This document shows, piece after piece, positions 11,233 to 21,074 of a DNA stretch of 64,000 nucleotides (position 1 is the stretch's first letter; each line of letters starts with the position of its first letter). This stretch comes from Nemertoderma westbladi. Lineage: Eukaryota; Animalia; Xenacoelomorpha. The position numbers and the translations under genes were made by a program. Location of the stretch: contig JAUCBJ010009055.1 of NCBI GenBank assembly GCA_032718475.1, positions 1 through 64,000 on the forward strand. The letters are read 5' to 3'. A model generated the notes under the pieces. That model did not search any database. It was not told the DNA's origin and saw only the letters and a program-made list of their open reading frames with translations.

Positions 11233-11442
11233 TCCCTAGCTAATCTCCCTAGCTAATCTCCCTAGCTAACCTCCCTAGCTAATCTCCCTAGCTAATCTCC
11301 CTAGCTAATCGCCCTAGCTAACCTCCCTAGCTAATCTCCCTAGCTAACCTCCCAAGTTAACCTCCCTAGGTAACCTCCCTAGCTAATCTCCCAAGCTAAC
11401 CTCCCAAGCTAACCTCCCTAGCTAACCTCCCTAGCTAACCTC
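11233..11442. repeat. 13-bp minisatellite (TCCCTAGCTAAYC), about 16 copies
   Basis: Direct reading; abuts the BEL LTR end. Confidence 0.95.
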
Positions 11443-11503
11443 TTGTATTCTTGTATAGTTTTAAGGTTAAAATTAACATTAAAGCATTAGATTTAAATTA
11501 ACA

Positions 11504-11660
11504 TTAAAGCCTGGGCGGTCTTCTCGCTTATGGCCCCCATAAGTGCAGTTAAAGCCTGGGCGGTCTTCTCGCTTATGGCCCCCATAAGTGCAGTTAAAGC
11601 CTGGGCGGTCTTCTCGCTTATGGCCCCCATAAGTGCAGTTAAAGCCTGGGCGGTCTTCTC
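11504..11660. repeat. 45-bp tandem repeat, 3.5 identical copies, with internal hairpin CTTATGG-CCC-CCATAAG
   Basis: Units start at 11504, 11549, 11594 and 11639; no spacers. Confidence 0.95.
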
Positions 11661-11926
11661 CCCTTTTATAATTACTTATAATTTAGTGCATGCATAATTG
11701 ATTATGTTTATCGCATGAATGTTTATTTTACCATGGTCTGAGTGTTGATAATAATAATAATAATAAATATAAAAGGCACTAAAGAATTAGAAAATAAATA
11801 AATATTCATTCATATGATGTGAGAGTAAAAAATATGTATTATAATATTAATTATATACTGCTGTAAGATGCACTAAAAATGGTAATGGAATTATAAATAT
11901 ATATACATATGATTTGAGAGTAAAAA

Positions 11927-12377
11927 TGTAGTGCATGCCAAATAGTCAAGGAAGCTTAGAAATAATTTAATCACAAAATCAAATTTAGTATTTTCATAAA
12001 ATTGTTAGTCGAGACATTTTACCTATCTTTCTACAAAGCAAAACACCTTATTTATTTACTTAAGATACAGCATGTTGATTTCATGTGCAAAACAGATGTA
12101 GTCTCAATAATAGCCCTGATACAGTAGATGTCAATTAAACAGATATTTATCAGAGTGACATCTCACATGTCTGCTGCAAGAAACCACTAACACTAGCTTG
12201 CTAAAATACTGCATGTAACTTTCATTAGAGAGAGAGAGAAAGAGAAATAGAATAGATTTAATTACCGGTAAAGTTATATTTGGAGACCGTAATAATTAGT
12301 TGAAAGTTAGACATTAAAAACCAGAACCAAAACTATATTATTTTCATCATAACAAAGACAACGTCCAAACCTTTACA
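11927..12377 (+). repeat. Gypsy 5' LTR
   Basis: TGTAGTGC...CTTTACA; I found only 2 substitutions versus the 3' LTR. Confidence 0.97.
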
Positions 12378-12378
12378 T

Positions 12379-12388
12379 TGGTGACCCG
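12379..12388 (+). promoter_or_regulatory. Primer binding site TGGTGACCCG (probably tRNA-Trp)
   Basis: TGG begins 1 nt after the LTR; TGGTGACCC is complementary to the ...GGGTCA-CCA end of typical metazoan tRNA-Trp. tRNA identity is inferred. Confidence 0.7.
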
Positions 12389-12478
12389 GATCTTGGACCT
12401 TATTACTACTACCTTCAACTCCAGATGGGAAAAACTCTCTCGAAACTCAGTCACTGATTACCTCTTATCGAATACATC

Positions 12479-13291
12479 ATGGATGGTGACGGCGAAAATG
12501 TTGGTAACGCTGTAAACGTCGCTCGCGTTTCCGTTAAACCCCCGGTGTTCTTCCGTTCTAACCCCAGCGTTTGGTTCAGAATGTTGGAATCCCACTTTAC
12601 ATTAGCCAACATTACAAGCGAGGTAACCAAATTTCACCACGTTATGGCGAATTTGCCAGAAGACGTCGCTTTAAACATTTCCACGGACATTCAATCATAT
12701 GACGATATTAAATCTACCATTCTCCAACTCTATCAGAAATCGAAAACTGAATTATTGGAGGAAGCCCTTGGACAGGTAACTTTAGACGGCCAAAAGCCCT
12801 CCTTAGTGTATCTGCGTATAAAAAGAAAATTACGAGAATGTAACTTAACGGCGGATGACGACCTAGTTCGGCACAAACTCTTACAAGCACTTCCAGTATC
12901 GGTGCGTTCTGCTTTGATTGCTCATCAGGGTCTACCACCCGAAGATTTCGCAACACTGGCGGACACCATCCTCCAATTTACAAGTGGAATCCCTCAACCA
13001 AGTACTTCATATGATGTCGCCAGAGTTCAACACCCAAACTATGTTAATACCAGTGGTGATGTTTACAGAGGTGTTAGCAACACTTACAGAGCAAGAGCAC
13101 CCTACCCTGTCACTTCTACCTCAAAAGTCGGAGCTATATTCCCGTTCAGCGAAGGGCAACGTCCAAAAATCTGCCGATACCATGTATATTATGGAACAAA
13201 AGCGAATACATGCACGCCATGGTGTCTTTGGCCGGGAGAAAAACCGCGTCGAATGCAACCATCTTCCCGACCAAACTCACGCCCTGCATAG
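12479..13291 (+). CDS. gag: Gypsy gag
   Basis: VKPPVFF...PSVWF...E..F N-terminal pattern and C-terminal CRYH-x9-C-x3-C motif typical of Mag-like gag. The frame resumes after TAG for 14 codons to CAG-GAA-AAC-TAA (13336). Confidence 0.9.
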   Translation: MDGDGENVGNAVNVARVSVKPPVFFRSNPSVWFRMLESHFTLANITSEVTKFHHVMANLPEDVALNISTDIQSYDDIKSTILQLYQKSKTELLEEALGQVTLDGQKPSLVYLRIKRKLRECNLTADDDLVRHKLLQALPVSVRSALIAHQGLPPEDFATLADTILQFTSGIPQPSTSYDVARVQHPNYVNTSGDVYRGVSNTYRARAPYPVTSTSKVGAIFPFSEGQRPKICRYHVYYGTKANTCTPWCLWPGEKPRRMQPSSRPNSRPA

Positions 13292-13314
13292 TGCTCGACA
13301 TCTCCTTCCCCTGA

Positions 13315-16300
13315 TACCCAGGGGCAGGAAAACTAACTGCCCTCAGAACATTTGCTGCTAGTTCTGAGGGAGCTGCCGTTTTCAAATTAACCGCAGCAAT
13401 AAACCATATAAACAACAGCCACCAATCCTTATCTTTTCTTATAGACACCGGCTCACAAGTATCCATACTAAAACCTTCCTCGTTTATTAGAAGCTTACTA
13501 TGGGACAATACTGATGCAAAACTCACAGCAATTTCAGGCAATAACATACATGTCCATGGAAAAGTTCATGTCCGAATTAATTTCCTCCGACGAGAATTTC
13601 CGTGGATATTTTATGTTGCCGACGTTGAAGAAAACATTTTGGGATTGGATTTCTTATCAAATTATGACATGCTATTGGACTGCAAAAATAAACTAATCGT
13701 GGATAATTATACAAAACTGAAATGCAATCTCAATCCAACAACATCGAAAAGTCTATCTATATTCAAAGTGGAAATCGACCACCCTGATTCAACATTATCC
13801 AGTCTTTTCAAAGAACATTCTAAGTTATTTGATTATGATATTATTCATACTGACACACCTCCACACAATACTGTGCATCGAATTATCACCAACCAATGCC
13901 AACCCACATACGCAAAGCCACGTCAACTTAGTGGGACCAAACTAATAATTGCTCAACAAGTTTTCGCGGATATGCGTTCTCGTGGTATAATACGCCCTTC
14001 AAGTAGTCCCTGGGCGTCACCATTACATATGGTACCAAAGGTGGGGAGTACTGATAATTGGCGTCCATGTGGAGACTATAGAGCTTTGAACCGCATTACA
14101 CAAAGTGATAAATATCCGCTGCCGAACATACAGCATTTTAATAGCAAACTGAAAGGCTCGACAGTTTTCAGCTCCATTGATCTCGTTAAAGCATATCATC
14201 AAATTCCTGTGGCAGAGGAAGATATTCCAAAGACAGCTATTACAACCCCTTTTGGTCTCTTTGAATTTTTGCGGATGCCCTATGGTCTTAAAAACGCCGC
14301 ACAAACTTTTCAAAGGGATATACATGAAGTACTCGGAGATTTGGAATTTGTATTTCCTTTTCTCGATGATATTATGATACACTCTACGGATATATCAACT
14401 CATTACATTCACCTAAGAAAGGTATTTGAACGTTTAACTCAGCACAACCTGCAAATAAACTTTGCCAAGTGCCAATGGGTACAACCATCAATCTTATTTC
14501 TTGGATTCTTAGTGACGACCGACGGTATTTTACCTCCACCTGAACGAGTTAAATCCCTTGTCGATATGCCAGAACCACGTAGCTATACTGAGTTACGACG
14601 GGTTCTGGGAATGTTTGGATTCTATAGACGACATATACCTTATTTCAGTCAGATTGTAGCACCCCTTCAATCTCTCTTAAACAAAACTCAACCACTGAAA
14701 CGTAAACAACCACAACGAAACTTCAATGAAGGTGAATGGACATCGGAACACAAAGAAACTTTCCAGAAGTTGAAAAACTCGTTATCTAACGCAGTTTTAT
14801 TATATCATCCTTCATCAGAGGATTGTAAGCTGATTCTAACCACTGATGCTTCAAAGGACGCTATCGCAGCTTCACTTCACGAAGTAATATCAGAAGAAGA
14901 ATCAGTCCCCATTGCATTTTACTCTCGACGATTAACACCAAATGAAACCTCATGGTCAACCTTTGATCGAGAATTACTTGCGGCATATCAAGCTACAGTG
15001 CACTTCCGCAGTAACTTAGAAGGCCGACAGGTTACTATATTCACAGACCACAAACCACTTACGTCTGCATTCAACAAACCATCGAGCATTTCTCCTAGAC
15101 AAAACCGCCAGCTTTCATTCCTTTCTGAATACATTGACTCCATTGAATACATTGCAGGAGAAAGTAACATAGTCGCTGATACTTTATCACGTCAAATCGC
15201 TTCAATTAGTATTGATTCTTTTGGATTGGAAGATATTGCCTCTCAACAGTCAGCCAATTTAATCCTTCCTGAAGAGCATTCGCTAAATATTAAAATATTT
15301 CCATTAGCAAATGGTAAAGTTATTAAGTGCGACGTAACTACTGCATACCCTAGACCCATCCTACCGGATTCATGTAGACGAACAGTATTTAACGAACTAC
15401 ACAACATGTCACATCCAGGAATTAAATCGACCATACGTATAATAACTGATCGTTATATTTGGCCAAATGCTAAACGCGACATAGTGGAATGGTGTAAATT
15501 GTGCACATCTTGTCAAGCAAGTAAAGTAATACAACACACAAAAACACCCCTAACACCATTTCCTTTGGCACCACGTTTTACACATATCCATTCAGATATC
15601 ATTGGTCCACTAGACATGGGTGAGCACCAATATCGACACGTAGTAACGTTCATAGATCGACACACTGGGTGGGTAGAAGCAGAGCCAGTTACGTCAATCA
15701 CAGCTGTTGCCACAGCGACTGCATTTATAAAAGTCTGGTTTTCTCGATTTGGAGTGCCCCTTTACCTCACAAAAGATCGCGGTGGTCAATTTGAATCTGA
15801 ATTACTAGCTGAACTCTCTAAGCTGATTGGTTTCCACCGTATGCGTACCACATCTTACCACCCCCAGAGTAACGGAAAAATAGAACGATTCCATAAAGTT
15901 TTAAAGGCTGCACTCAAAGCACGGAAATCAGATTGGTTAGAGTCCTTACCAATAGTTATTTTCAGTCACAGAATAACGCCATCTAGCGTTACTAATGTAT
16001 CTCCATTTGAATTGGTAACGGGAACACAGCCGTTGTTGCCAGCTTGTTTACTAACTACTAAAGATACAACTTTTAATTATGACTTTGTAAAGACACTTCA
16101 CAAGCATATAACGGAAATAGGATTTGCTGTAGACAGTAAAGCTACTGATTACCAAGAGAGCAACCCAAAGTTGAAAACATACTTACCACCACAATTAAGG
16201 ACTTGTGACAAAGTTTTCGTTAGAATCGATCGGGTCCGCAAACCATTAGAAGCGCCTTACCAAGGACCATTTACAGTTCTCAGCAGAACGGATAAACATT

Positions 16301-16518
16301 TCTGTATCGAAACTCTTAGAGGAGAACAACGAATATCAATCGACCGCTTAAAACCTTGTTATACCGGTAACGTTAATAAGAAACCCCCTCCAACCAAGAA
16401 ACTAAAACCTCATAAGATATTACATAGTAACACTAACAAAGAAAATATCTCACAATCTCAACCGCGAAACATCATTACTACTAGAAGCGGAAAGCGAGTA
16501 CATTTCTTTGACTCTTAG
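13315..16518 (+). CDS. pol: Gypsy pol (aspartic protease, RT, RNase H, integrase); frame is open from 13315, upstream of the listed 13639 start
   Basis: FLIDTGSQVS protease motif near 13435 in the pol frame; PWASPLHMV, WRPCGDYR, FLDD, TDAS, TDHKPL, HHCC, D-D-E (HSDIIG, KDRGGQF, KIERFH) and PYQGPF. Confidence 0.95.
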   Translation, partial: YPGAGKLTALRTFAASSEGAAVFKLTAAINHINNSHQSLSFLIDTGSQVSILKPSSFIRSLLWDNTDAKLTAISGNNIHVHGKVHVRINFLRREFPWIFYVADVEENILGLDFLSNYDMLLDCKNKLIVDNYTKLKCNLNPTTSKSLSIFKVEIDHPDSTLSSLFKEHSKLFDYDIIHTDTPPHNTVHRIITNQCQPTYAKPRQLSGTKLIIAQQVFADMRSRGIIRPSSSPWASPLHMVPKVGSTDNWRPCGDYRALNRITQSDKYPLPNIQHFNSKLKGSTVFSSIDLVKAYHQIPVAEEDIPKTAITTPFGLFEFLRMPYGLKNAAQTFQRDIHEVLGDLEFVFPFLDDIMIHSTDISTHYIHLRKVFERLTQHNLQINFAKCQWVQPSILFLGFLVTTDGILPPPERVKSLVDMPEPRSYTELRRVLGMFGFYRRHIPYFSQIVAPLQSLLNKTQPLKRKQPQRNFNEGEWTSEHKETFQKLKNSLSNAVLLYHPSSEDCKLILTTDASKDAIAASLHEVISEEESVPIAFYSRRLTPNETSWSTFDRELLAAYQATVHFRSNLEGRQVTIFTDHKPLTSAFNKPSSISPRQNRQLSFLSEYIDSIEYIAGESNIVADTLSRQIASISIDSFGLEDIASQQSANLILPEEHSLNIKIFPLANGKVIKCDVTTAYPRPILPDSCRRTVFNELHNMSHPGIKSTIRIITDRYIWPNAKRDIVEWCKLCTSCQASKVIQHTKTPLTPFPLAPRFTHIHSDIIGPLDMGEHQYRHVVTFIDRHTGWVEAEPVTSITAVATATAFIKVWFSRFGVPLYLTKDRGGQFESELLAELSKLIGFHRMRTTSYHPQSNGKIERFHKVLKAALKARKSDWLESLPIVIFSHRITPSSVTNVSPFELVTGTQPLLPACLLTTKDTTFNYDFVKTLHKHITEIGFAVDSKATDYQESNPKLKTYLPPQLRTCDKVFVRIDRVRKPLEAPYQGPFTVLSRTDKHFCIETLRGEQRISIDRLKPCYTGNVNKKPPPTKKLKPHKILHSNTNKENISQSQPRNIITTRSGKRVHFFDS

Positions 16519-16547
16519 TTTTAGTTATTCTTATTCCATAACTTAAT

Positions 16548-16556
16548 GGGGGGAGA
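16548..16556 (+). promoter_or_regulatory. Gypsy polypurine tract
   Basis: GGGGGGAGA, 2 nt before the 3' LTR. Confidence 0.85.
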
Positions 16557-16558
16557 TG

Positions 16559-17009
16559 TGTAGTGCATGCCGAATAGTCAAGGAAGCTTAGAAATAATTT
16601 AATCACAAAATCAAATTTAGTATTTTCATAAAATTGTTAGTCGAGACATTTTACCTATCTTTCTACAAAGCAAAACACCTTATTTATTTACTTAAGATAC
16701 AGCATGTTGATTTCATGTGCAAAACAGATGTAGTCTCAATAATAGCCCTGATACAGTAGATGTCAATTAAACAGATATTTATCAGAGTGACATCTCACAT
16801 GTCTGCTGCAAGAAACCACTAACACTAGCTTGCTTAAATACTGCATGTAACTTTCATTAGAGAGAGAGAGAAAGAGAAATAGAATAGATTTAATTACCGG
16901 TAAAGTTATATTTGGAGACCGTAATAATTAGTTGAAAGTTAGACATTAAAAACCAGAACCAAAACTATATTATTTTCATCATAACAAAGACAACGTCCAA
17001 ACCTTTACA
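16559..17009 (+). repeat. Gypsy 3' LTR
   Basis: 451-bp direct repeat of 11927-12377. Confidence 0.97.
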
Positions 17010-17035
17010 AAAACACATTGTTGTGTTTGAGGACA

Positions 17036-17441
17036 ATTATGTCTGAGGACAACTGTTGTAACATTATGTCTGAAGACAACTGTTGTAACATTATGTCTGA
17101 GGACAACTGTTGTAACATTGTGTCTGAGGACAACTGTTGTAATATTATGTCTGAGGACACCTGTTGTAACATTGTGTCTGAGGACAACTGTTGTAACATT
17201 ATGTCTGAGGAGAACTGTTGTAACAATATGTCTGAGGACAACTGTTGTAACATTATCTATGTGGACAACTGTTGTAACATTGTGTCTGATAACAACTGTT
17301 GTAACATTATGTCTGAGGACAACTGTTGTAACATTATGTCTGAGCAGAACTGTTGTAACATTGTGTCTGAGGACAACTGTTGTAACATTATGTCTGAGGA
17401 CAACTGTTGTAACATTATGTCTGAGGAGAACTGTTGTAACA
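17036..17441. repeat. 27-bp minisatellite (ATTATGTCTGAGGACAACTGTTGTAAC), about 15 copies, left part
   Basis: Direct reading; contains the palindrome ACAAC-T-GTTGT. Confidence 0.95.
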
Positions 17442-19067
17442 CTAGAGAGCCAGCAAGCTGGCTGGAAGGAGCCCGGGGGGAAGAATCCTAGCCAATACTA
17501 AACTAAACAATTGTCTAAATGGTGTGATGATACATAGCTGACTTTGTGGCTTGCCCCACATAATAAAAAATGAAACTTTGCTGCCACTAACAACCGAATA
17601 TTTATAAGAAAATGCCCATGATTCACAACCAGATAAATAACAAGTTAGATTTACCAGTACAGGTACGGTTACCTTTCTTTTTGAAAACCATTAGATTTAA
17701 CAATTAATAGAAGTCTAGGTCGCGGCGAAAAATAATAACGCAAATTAAACAACCATACAATCGGCCTACACACTTTTTTATTATTCGAAATAAATTCGCT
17801 AACAGAAAGTATCTAAACTAATTTATTTATTTACTAATTAATCTAAACGAGAAGGTGAACAATTGTTTCTACACAATTAATTATGACGACTTTTATGGGA
17901 TATGTAATATTTACTGTTCAATAATAATTTACAATCTCCCATTCCAACACATTCCCAGAGAGTAATAATATCATCAATATAACAAACTAAGTGGATTATA
18001 ATTCGATTTCTTCAGCCAAGTCCGATAGCTATTTTTCTGAAATTTATATTGCTAATTTAATTATTTGGCATATTCTGTTTGTGGCGCAGACTATAATAAT
18101 AATAACATTGTTGACATACAGTCTTTGAACCTTTCAGTCTTTCTCAGCAGTACTTTGTGGCTCGTCCCACATAATAAAAACTGAAACTTTGCTATGACAA
18201 CACACCCGGTTCTTTTAAATTTGCGTGATTTGATTTATGCTCGCACCACTATTTGTAAGAAATATTAAAACTTATCTTACAGTATGCCAATGTAGTAATG
18301 GTATTAAAATATAATTAAATTAATTTACACTATTAATGCTTCAGCTAAAAAATCGTTTCAGCTAAAAAATCGTATGTAATAAAAAAAATAAGAATATTTT
18401 TAATATGTGTATATGTAATATAGGTATTACTGCTAAGTTAGGCAGTAGGCCAGAGCGGGCTCCTTAAATACATGCAACTACTGTATTATAGTGTAGGTCA
18501 ACTATAAAACATTTTGCAATCCACAGTGAGTATCGACTGCAATAGGACACAACACACTGCTTTGTGTAACTAAAATTCATTCTCCTGATCCACCCCCTAA
18601 CATAGCAGAGTGAGTAACCTTATTGTAGATATACCCTTAGGAAGCACTGGGAGAGCAATCAGCTTATGGGGTAATACATTAGAAACCAACAGCTTATGTG
18701 TGAGTAAACATTGACTTTCCTTATAGCCTACTAGTAAAACTTGGCAACCAATACGTTTTACTATGACTGTGTATAACATATTAAGCCATATTTCATCATG
18801 AACACCAGCTGTTATTTTACCATTGCTTTTAATTTCGCGACAAAACAATGTCAAAAAACTAAATATATCGAATACCACACATAGAATCGATCTGAAATTT
18901 TGTAACGCGATTATGAACCTCAAAAGCAATGTACTTGCAAAATTTCATCAAAATCGCCAGGCAGGAAGTGCCTTAACCTAGATAATTATCAGTCAGTCAG
19001 TGTCAGTCAATGTAATGTATCCTGAAGATTCTTACAGTAAGTATCCCGCTGTCAAGCGGGCTCCTAA
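17442..19067 (-). mobile_element. Non-autonomous Helitron/Helentron-type (DINE-1/HINE-like) element
   Basis: On the minus strand it starts TTAGGAGCCCGCT-TGAC-AGCGGG (subTIR with hairpin), then a GACT-type microsatellite (about 18989-19009), internal direct repeats (17541-17582 and 18152-18193), inverted subTIR AGGAGCCCG (17467-17475 vs 19057-19065), stem-loop AGCCAGC-NN-GCTGGCT (17448-17463), and ends CTAG. Removal rejoins AACA|TTATG of the minisatellite with no TSD. Confidence 0.75.
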
Positions 19068-19335
19068 TTATGTCTGAGGAGAACTGTTGTAACATTATGT
19101 CTGAGGACAACTGTTGTAACATTATGTCTGAGGACAACTGTTGTAACATTATGTCTGAGGACAACTGTTGTAACATTATGTCTGAGGACAACTGTTGTAA
19201 CATTATGTCTGAGGACAACTGTTGTAACATTATGTCTGAGGAGAACTGTTGTAACATTATGTCTGAGGACAACTGTTGTAACATTATGTCTGAGGAGAAC
19301 TGTTGTAACATTATGTCTGAGGACAACTGTTGTAA
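19068..19335. repeat. 27-bp minisatellite, about 10 copies, right part
   Basis: Same unit and orientation as 17036-17441, and in register with it. Confidence 0.95.
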
Positions 19336-19534
19336 TTGTATTTTCTTTTTTTTTCTCCATTATGGTCTAAAATAAAATCCAAAAAATTAGCATAAGGTAA
19401 ATCTTTAAAAATAATAACACATTCCACGAAATTTTCAAAACTTACAACCACGATTATCTCAGAACCACAAACAGTACACTACCAGAGAATTTGGCTAAGA
19501 TATTGAAATAGAATAAATAATAATAATATCATAC

Positions 19535-19619
19535 CATATTGGGAGTATAGATTCAGGGGGGATTCCGCGTTGGTTTGTAATAGTTGTTCCTGTTTAACGC
19601 CAGGTTGGGCTACTTGAGT
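19535..19619 (-). other. Candidate host exon (85 nt)
   Basis: Minus strand: CCTTTACGCAG acceptor, open phase-0 frame TQVAQPGVKQEQLLQTNAESPLNLYSQY, and G|GTATGA donor. GC-richer than its flanks. Confidence 0.25.
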
Positions 19620-20613
19620 CTGCGTAAAGGATAACATAATTTAAATATTATTTAACCGGTAAGCCGTTACAGCGCTTTACTTTACCCCTATGCTGGGGTA
19701 TTATTCAACAACCCCTCTCTTATTTTTAAAAATATTTTTGACTTAAAACGCTACTCCTTTGATATGCTTCAACTTTAGAAGTTTTAACCTTTTTTTGGAA
19801 TCGGCATGGCCGATTACGTGAAAAATTCGAATAGCAATTTTGTTTCCTACTCAAGCAAAATATTTTACAAAATAATTGTTAAAACTTATTTCAAAAAAGC
19901 ACTGTTTTTTGTTTTTACAAAACCATGCTGAGATTGTTGCTATGGGGGTTTTCCTGGTCACTGATTTCATTTCTGAGGTCAGTTTTCACTTTTAATGAAA
20001 TCTAGTTAGTCTGTTTGTCTGTCTGTCGGTCTATCTGACTATCCGACAATCTGATAATTTTTATAAAATTTATTACTTAGACTTACCTTTTTGGCGGACA
20101 AAATGTCCTATATTTTTCGTAATTTATGGGATAGCCTATTTCGTGTAATACTTACCGGAACCTGTAGTTACTGTATGGTTTGGTGTAATTTTTCTTGTGG
20201 TAGTTGGGTTGGGTTATGTAGCACTAAAATCGATTTGGTATTTTGGTTTTTTAATGGGCCTTAGTGCCTGAGTACTAACAGTGGCCCAAGTGGCCCTAAA
20301 TGCTAGGTAGTATCTGAAGGAATAAGACCCCATGTCCTATTTTATTGTTTTCATATCTTGAGAAGCAATACAGATCTTGCTAAACGGTTTTCTAATTCGT
20401 AATCTTTATAAAAATTCGCAAAGAGAATTTTTTTTTTAATTGAAAGCCAGTACCCCCCCCCCCCCCCCCCCCCCCCACCTTGATTTTACTTTATAAATAT
20501 AATGTTAACTAAATAATTCCATAAAAACACGCAGTATTATAAATTAACAAGTAATGATAACTACTAATAATTATCTACCTAGCTGGTTCGTATATTTAAT
20601 ATATTTAACTGAC

Positions 20614-20741
20614 CCCTCCAACTCCACTTGCAACATCTATCTGTGAGAACCGCAGCTGTAGAGCTGCTGTCTGTTCTGGGGTCCAATCCAAGAAACCCAA
20701 CGACGTCATATCAAAAACCGTTCCGGCTTCGGGTTGGTCAG
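20614..20741 (-). other. Candidate host exon (128 nt)
   Basis: Minus strand: TTACCCTTCCAG acceptor, open frame DQPEAGTVFDMTSLGFLDWTPEQTAALQLRFSQIDVASGVGG, and G|GTCAGT donor. GC-rich island in AT-rich DNA. Confidence 0.3.
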
Positions 20742-20832
20742 CTGGAAGGGTAAATCGATAATATATTTATATACTATACTGATCTGCGTACCTAACTTAC
20801 ACTAATCACCGATAAATTAATAATCACGATAA

Positions 20833-21074
20833 GTCCTACCTTGGTGTAATGGTTGCATTGAATGCCGGAGGTCGTGGGTTCGATCCCTGCCAGAGGCCAG
20901 AGTAGTTTAGATTCGGCACGAATGCTTTAAAGGGACTAGCGCATCTCAGCATTCCATCCATAAATGTTAGCTAAATGAGTTTCTACTGGGGATTAGTTCG
21001 GGGGGACCGCACTGGAAATAAATCGTCAGACTTTGAGCGTTGGCAGATGTGGATGGTTCTGTATAAGGGAGAAT
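20833..21074 (+). mobile_element. tRNA-derived SINE (head and body)
   Basis: Pol III A box TGGTGTAATGG (20842-20852) and B box GGTTCGATCCC (20877-20887), but no complete cloverleaf. Body has CTCAGCATTCCATCC...TAAATGAGT, resembling a central motif shared by many metazoan SINEs (from memory). Confidence 0.75.

Larger units (their letters stand above)
11927..17009 (+). mobile_element. Full-length Ty3/Gypsy LTR retrotransposon (Mag-like), recent insertion
   Basis: Two 451-bp TG...CA LTRs, PBS, gag, PR-RT-RH-INT pol and PPT; flanked by AAAA/AAAA (11923-11926, 17010-17013), a possible 4-bp TSD of low complexity. Confidence 0.97.

Noticed and set aside
11233-11442. Telomeric repeat
   Set aside because: The 13-bp unit does not match TTAGG/TTAGGG-type repeats and is short and interstitial.
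11504-11660. CRISPR-like hairpin repeats
   Set aside because: Units are contiguous with no unique spacers, there are no cas genes, and the context is eukaryotic.
876-16518. Antisense and alternate-frame ORFs overlapping gag/pol (e.g. 1407-2258, 5019-5327, 14023-14382)
   Set aside because: Shadow ORFs of the retroelement genes and of the purine-skewed composition; no motifs.
17005-19375. Cys-rich MSEDNCCNI-repeat ORFs as metallothionein-like proteins
   Set aside because: Translations of a 27-bp minisatellite that is open in several frames and interrupted by a transposon.
19680-20060. Possible further non-autonomous DNA element (GTCT microsatellite near 20009-20048)
   Set aside because: Could not define termini, TIRs or a TSD by eye.
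20833-20900. Functional tRNA gene
   Set aside because: A and B boxes are present, but the spacing is too short for a full anticodon arm and there is no T-run terminator; better explained as a SINE head.
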